Assembly (NCBI RefSeq): GCF_963921235.1
Contig: NC_086097.1
Coordinates: 193,752,001-193,816,000, forward strand
Direction: 5' to 3'
DNA: 64,000 nucleotides
DNA from: Mobula hypostoma
Lineage: Eukaryota
The translations under genes and the position numbers were made by a program. Positions 60,957 through 64,000 of this stretch are shown here, piece by piece; within the stretch, counting starts at the first letter, position 1, and each line of letters starts with the position of its first letter. The notes beneath the pieces are model-generated. The model ran no database searches. It was not told the DNA's origin and saw only the letters and a list, made by a program, of their open reading frames with translations.

Positions 60957-61446
60957 AACCTGATGGTTCTGATGGCATGAATGTTGACTTCTCAAACTTC
61001 CGCTAATGCCCCACCTCCCCCTCATACCCTATCCATTATTTATTTATTTATATACACACATTCTTTCTTTCTCTCTCCTTTTTCTCCCTCTGTCCCTCTC
61101 ACTATACCCCTTGCCCATCCTCTGGGCTCCCTCCCCCCCCCCCCATTTTCTTTCTTCCCGGACCTCCTGTCCCATGATCCTCTCGTATCCCTTTTGCCAA
61201 TCACCTGTCCAGCTCTTGGCTCCATCCCTCCCCCTCCTGTCTTCTCCTATCATTTTGGATCTCCCCCTCCCCCTCCCACTTTCAAATCTCTTACTCGCTC
61301 TTCTTTCAGTTAGTCCTGACAAAGGGTCTCGGCCTGAAACATCGACTGTACCTCTTCCTAGAGATGCTGCCTGGCGTGTTGCATTCACCAGCAACTTTTA
61401 TGTGTGTTGCTTGAAATTCCAGCATCTGCAGATTTCCTCGTGTTTG
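60957..61446 (+). mobile_element. Penelope 3' end (same subfamily as 21435-22470) with CpG-decayed hammerhead at 61312-61347
   Basis: DGMNVDFSNFR* then UTR; AGTC-CTGACAA-AGGGTCTCGGCCT-GAAA-CATC-GACT. Confidence 0.9.
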
Positions 61447-63075
61447 TGACTTCAATAAAGAGCTGGTACCAGCAAAGTCATGGTGTTAATGAAGGTGCAG
61501 TCAGGGAGGTTAGCGTACAGTAGTGTTTCCTATCATCTTCCTTACTAATTCCAACACAGCTCATCCTCTACCATCACCACCAGTACTGCCATCACCCACC
61601 TCCTAGCCGTGCAGAAGATCTGGCTGTCTAAAATCATTTATAGACAAGGTAGAACGTTGCCCACCAAACCATAGTCAAGATACAAGTAACCTCAATCTGA
61701 CCTAATATTTGACATACTTTTGTGTGCATAAATAATAACATTTGTGCAATTATTTAAAACTATTTAGCAATTTGATGTTGTGAAAGTGATGACTGAACGG
61801 GTTTCTCTAAATAAGAAGTCATCTCATCTTTAAACTAATCTGCAGATATCTGCATGAATAGAAGTTAATCCAGGAGCCATTCTCCTTATGCACCTGCTAC
61901 AAAACATGGCACAGTTTTAAGAAGTAATTTTTGTAAAATGGAACATTGAATTTTCTTTTTCAATGAATATACCAATAAGGAAAGCATTTACATGGTAATG
62001 GAAATAGAGCTGGGGTGCAGTGGGGAGGAGAACTCTATGAAAGAGCTGAACAGCCACAATGGGTTAAACACTCTTTCTGTGCCAGTCCGTGTGGCTCCAT
62101 GTATGTTTAATTAACTTCACAATTCAATTAACAATGTCAGCTCAGACTTGCTGTTGTGTCTACTTTACCCATATGACCAGAGCAAGACCCTCTGAGAGGT
62201 TTGATATACTGGAGACCTCTTGAACCCAGCCTACTGGAATTCAATGGAATTGTTCAGGATTGACGTAGGCACTGGAACCCCACTTACAGCTCTTATTATA
62301 TCCCAGGTTATTGTGTTATCCTGCTAAATCTATTAGGCAGCAGGTTTTCAGTCTGAGTATTTTTCTCTCATATTCCATGGAGTATTTTTCATCTAGAGGT
62401 GATGAACTATATTTTTAAATTAATTCTCAACTGTTTTAGCATTTAGTATTCATTAAGAATCAGGAGTGAGTATAACATACCTTGTATATCAATTTGCACC
62501 AACCATAACATATTCTGCTGATGTATCAATCACAAGTGATAAAAAGAAATCTTGAGGACTATGGAAATCAAAGAACCTTCTCCACCAGTACTGTCAGTTT
62601 TATCGATGACCCTTCAAGGAAACACCATGAATGGAGAGCTTTCAACAAGTATATACAGAAAGGTTACTAGCAAAGCTTAATGAAATGGAAATATGAAGAA
62701 AAATCTCTTTAAGATGGCCAGAGAGATGTTGGTTAGATATCCAGTGTTGTTTTGAAGAACCAACTCAGTAAACTTAAAAGCAACAGATAGGGTTAAGCGA
62801 TCCCATAACCAATATATTTGATGAAATCTCTGGAGTTCTATGCCCATCTAGATATGGATGATGGTGGGCAACTAAATATATTTAGTGATATGGGCTCCAT
62901 CAACCTCGAGGGAAGAGAATTCCAGAGATTTACTACCTTCTGACAGAAGAAATTTCCATACACTTCAGTTTTAAATAAATGACTCTTTATTTTGTAGATA
63001 CTTCCCCTTGTTCATGGCTCTCCCACTAATGACAGCATCTTAACATCTCCCCTGTCCAGCCTCCTAAGGAAATTA

Positions 63076-63666
63076 GTAGACTCTCCATTGATCAGTGTTG
63101 AACATGAATGTTGCGTCCTAGCTGTGTATGCAAACCAGTACACAGGCCAGGGTAGTACAATTTGGAGAAAGCTGTTGCTCATGTAGCAGGCTGTCCCTCT
63201 CCACACAACTGATGAATCCAAAGGAAGAGCAGAGGTTGGTACGGCACCTGTGACATCGCAGGAGTTGCCAGTCAGTGTTGAACTCCACATACGACTGCCT
63301 TAGTGACTTCAGCTCCATAGTTTTCCTCAAGGTTTACTCTCAAAGCCTTCCCAGTGAGTGCATATAACCACAAAGCAGCAGAGGTTTGAAATCAGAATTT
63401 TCCTTCTCCTAGGTGAGCTGCTAACTATGGATGACAAGCCCCTACTGCCTGAAGCGCTGGTTTTAAGGAATTAGTAACCCACCTTTGCCCCTTCTCGTGT
63501 CAGCAGAACTGGTTCCGCTGGACTTAGTAACTAAACCACATGTGAAGGCCAGGAGCTGGGCTGTTGTCAGATACTATTTGAGGTGCACGCCATTGGGAGC
63601 ATTTAATAGTTAGTGGGACTTTATCCCCACTACTCCCCCCCCCCGGACTATGAGAATCTTAAGGAA
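63076..63666 (-). mobile_element. About 590-bp non-autonomous RTE-related retroposon inserted in an old CR1 tail
   Basis: Minus strand ctaggagaaggaaaattctgatttcaaacc and gagttcaacactgactggcaactcctgcga resemble RTE 5' regions (from memory); imperfect TSD cctaaggaaatta / cttgaggaaatta. Confidence 0.65.
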
Positions 63667-64000
63667 CTTGAGGAAATTATGTGTGTCTGTAAGGTCACCC
63701 TTCATTCTTCCAAACTTCAAGGAACATGGACCCAAACTGTCTAGGCTCTCTTGATAGAATTACCCTTACAATTCCAGGAATTCCAGGCAATTGAATCTCA
63801 TTTGGACTGCCTCCAATCATATCATGTCCTTTCCTCGGGACAAGGAACAAAACAAGTGTGTATGTGGCAAAGGACATATATTCTTCACAAAATGCAACAA
63901 GATTAAGCTTATATAGCTTTATTTCTCACATGTATGTGTCCAATTACTTATTCAGAACATGTGTCTCCAAGTCTCCAACCATCAACATCCTAGTATTCAA

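Noticed and set aside
63480..63570. Twister- or pistol-like ribozyme in the RTE-related 5' region
   Set aside because: Only simple hairpins could be drawn; the required pseudoknot pairings did not match.
46551..64000. Exons or promoter of a downstream gene
   Set aside because: No CpG island, recognisable peptide or coherent exon chain outside repeats.

Overview
Eukaryotic genomic DNA, most likely a cartilaginous fish (inferred from the mix of CR1 LINEs, V-SINEs, Rex1/Babar, RTE and Penelope-like elements). The only host gene visible is the 3' part of myomesin-1 (MYOM1) on the + strand. It has 16 GT-AG coding exons between 2950 and the stop at 46550 (1643 nt, about 546 aa, Ig domains My9-My13 with their helical linkers), and every exon phase joins correctly. 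The rest is intron or downstream DNA packed with mostly decayed, often nested transposons. The most notable hidden signal is a set of minimal hammerhead ribozyme motifs in the termini of Penelope-like elements (AGUC-CUGANGA-stem II-GAAA-CGUC-GACU, with a palindromic ACGU in place of stem III, i.e. the dimer-cleaving type). Two copies are intact, both antisense to MYOM1 and 2 kb apart, while all sense-strand copies are damaged. Other observations: an A6C core variant shared by two insertions, short palindromic Penelope-derived elements (one with a target-site duplication), a stop-free in-frame 93-nt MYOM1 intron, and several internally deleted LINE derivatives. Family assignments come from motif recognition, not database searches. 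Repeat boundaries are approximate unless a TSD or TIR is quoted.
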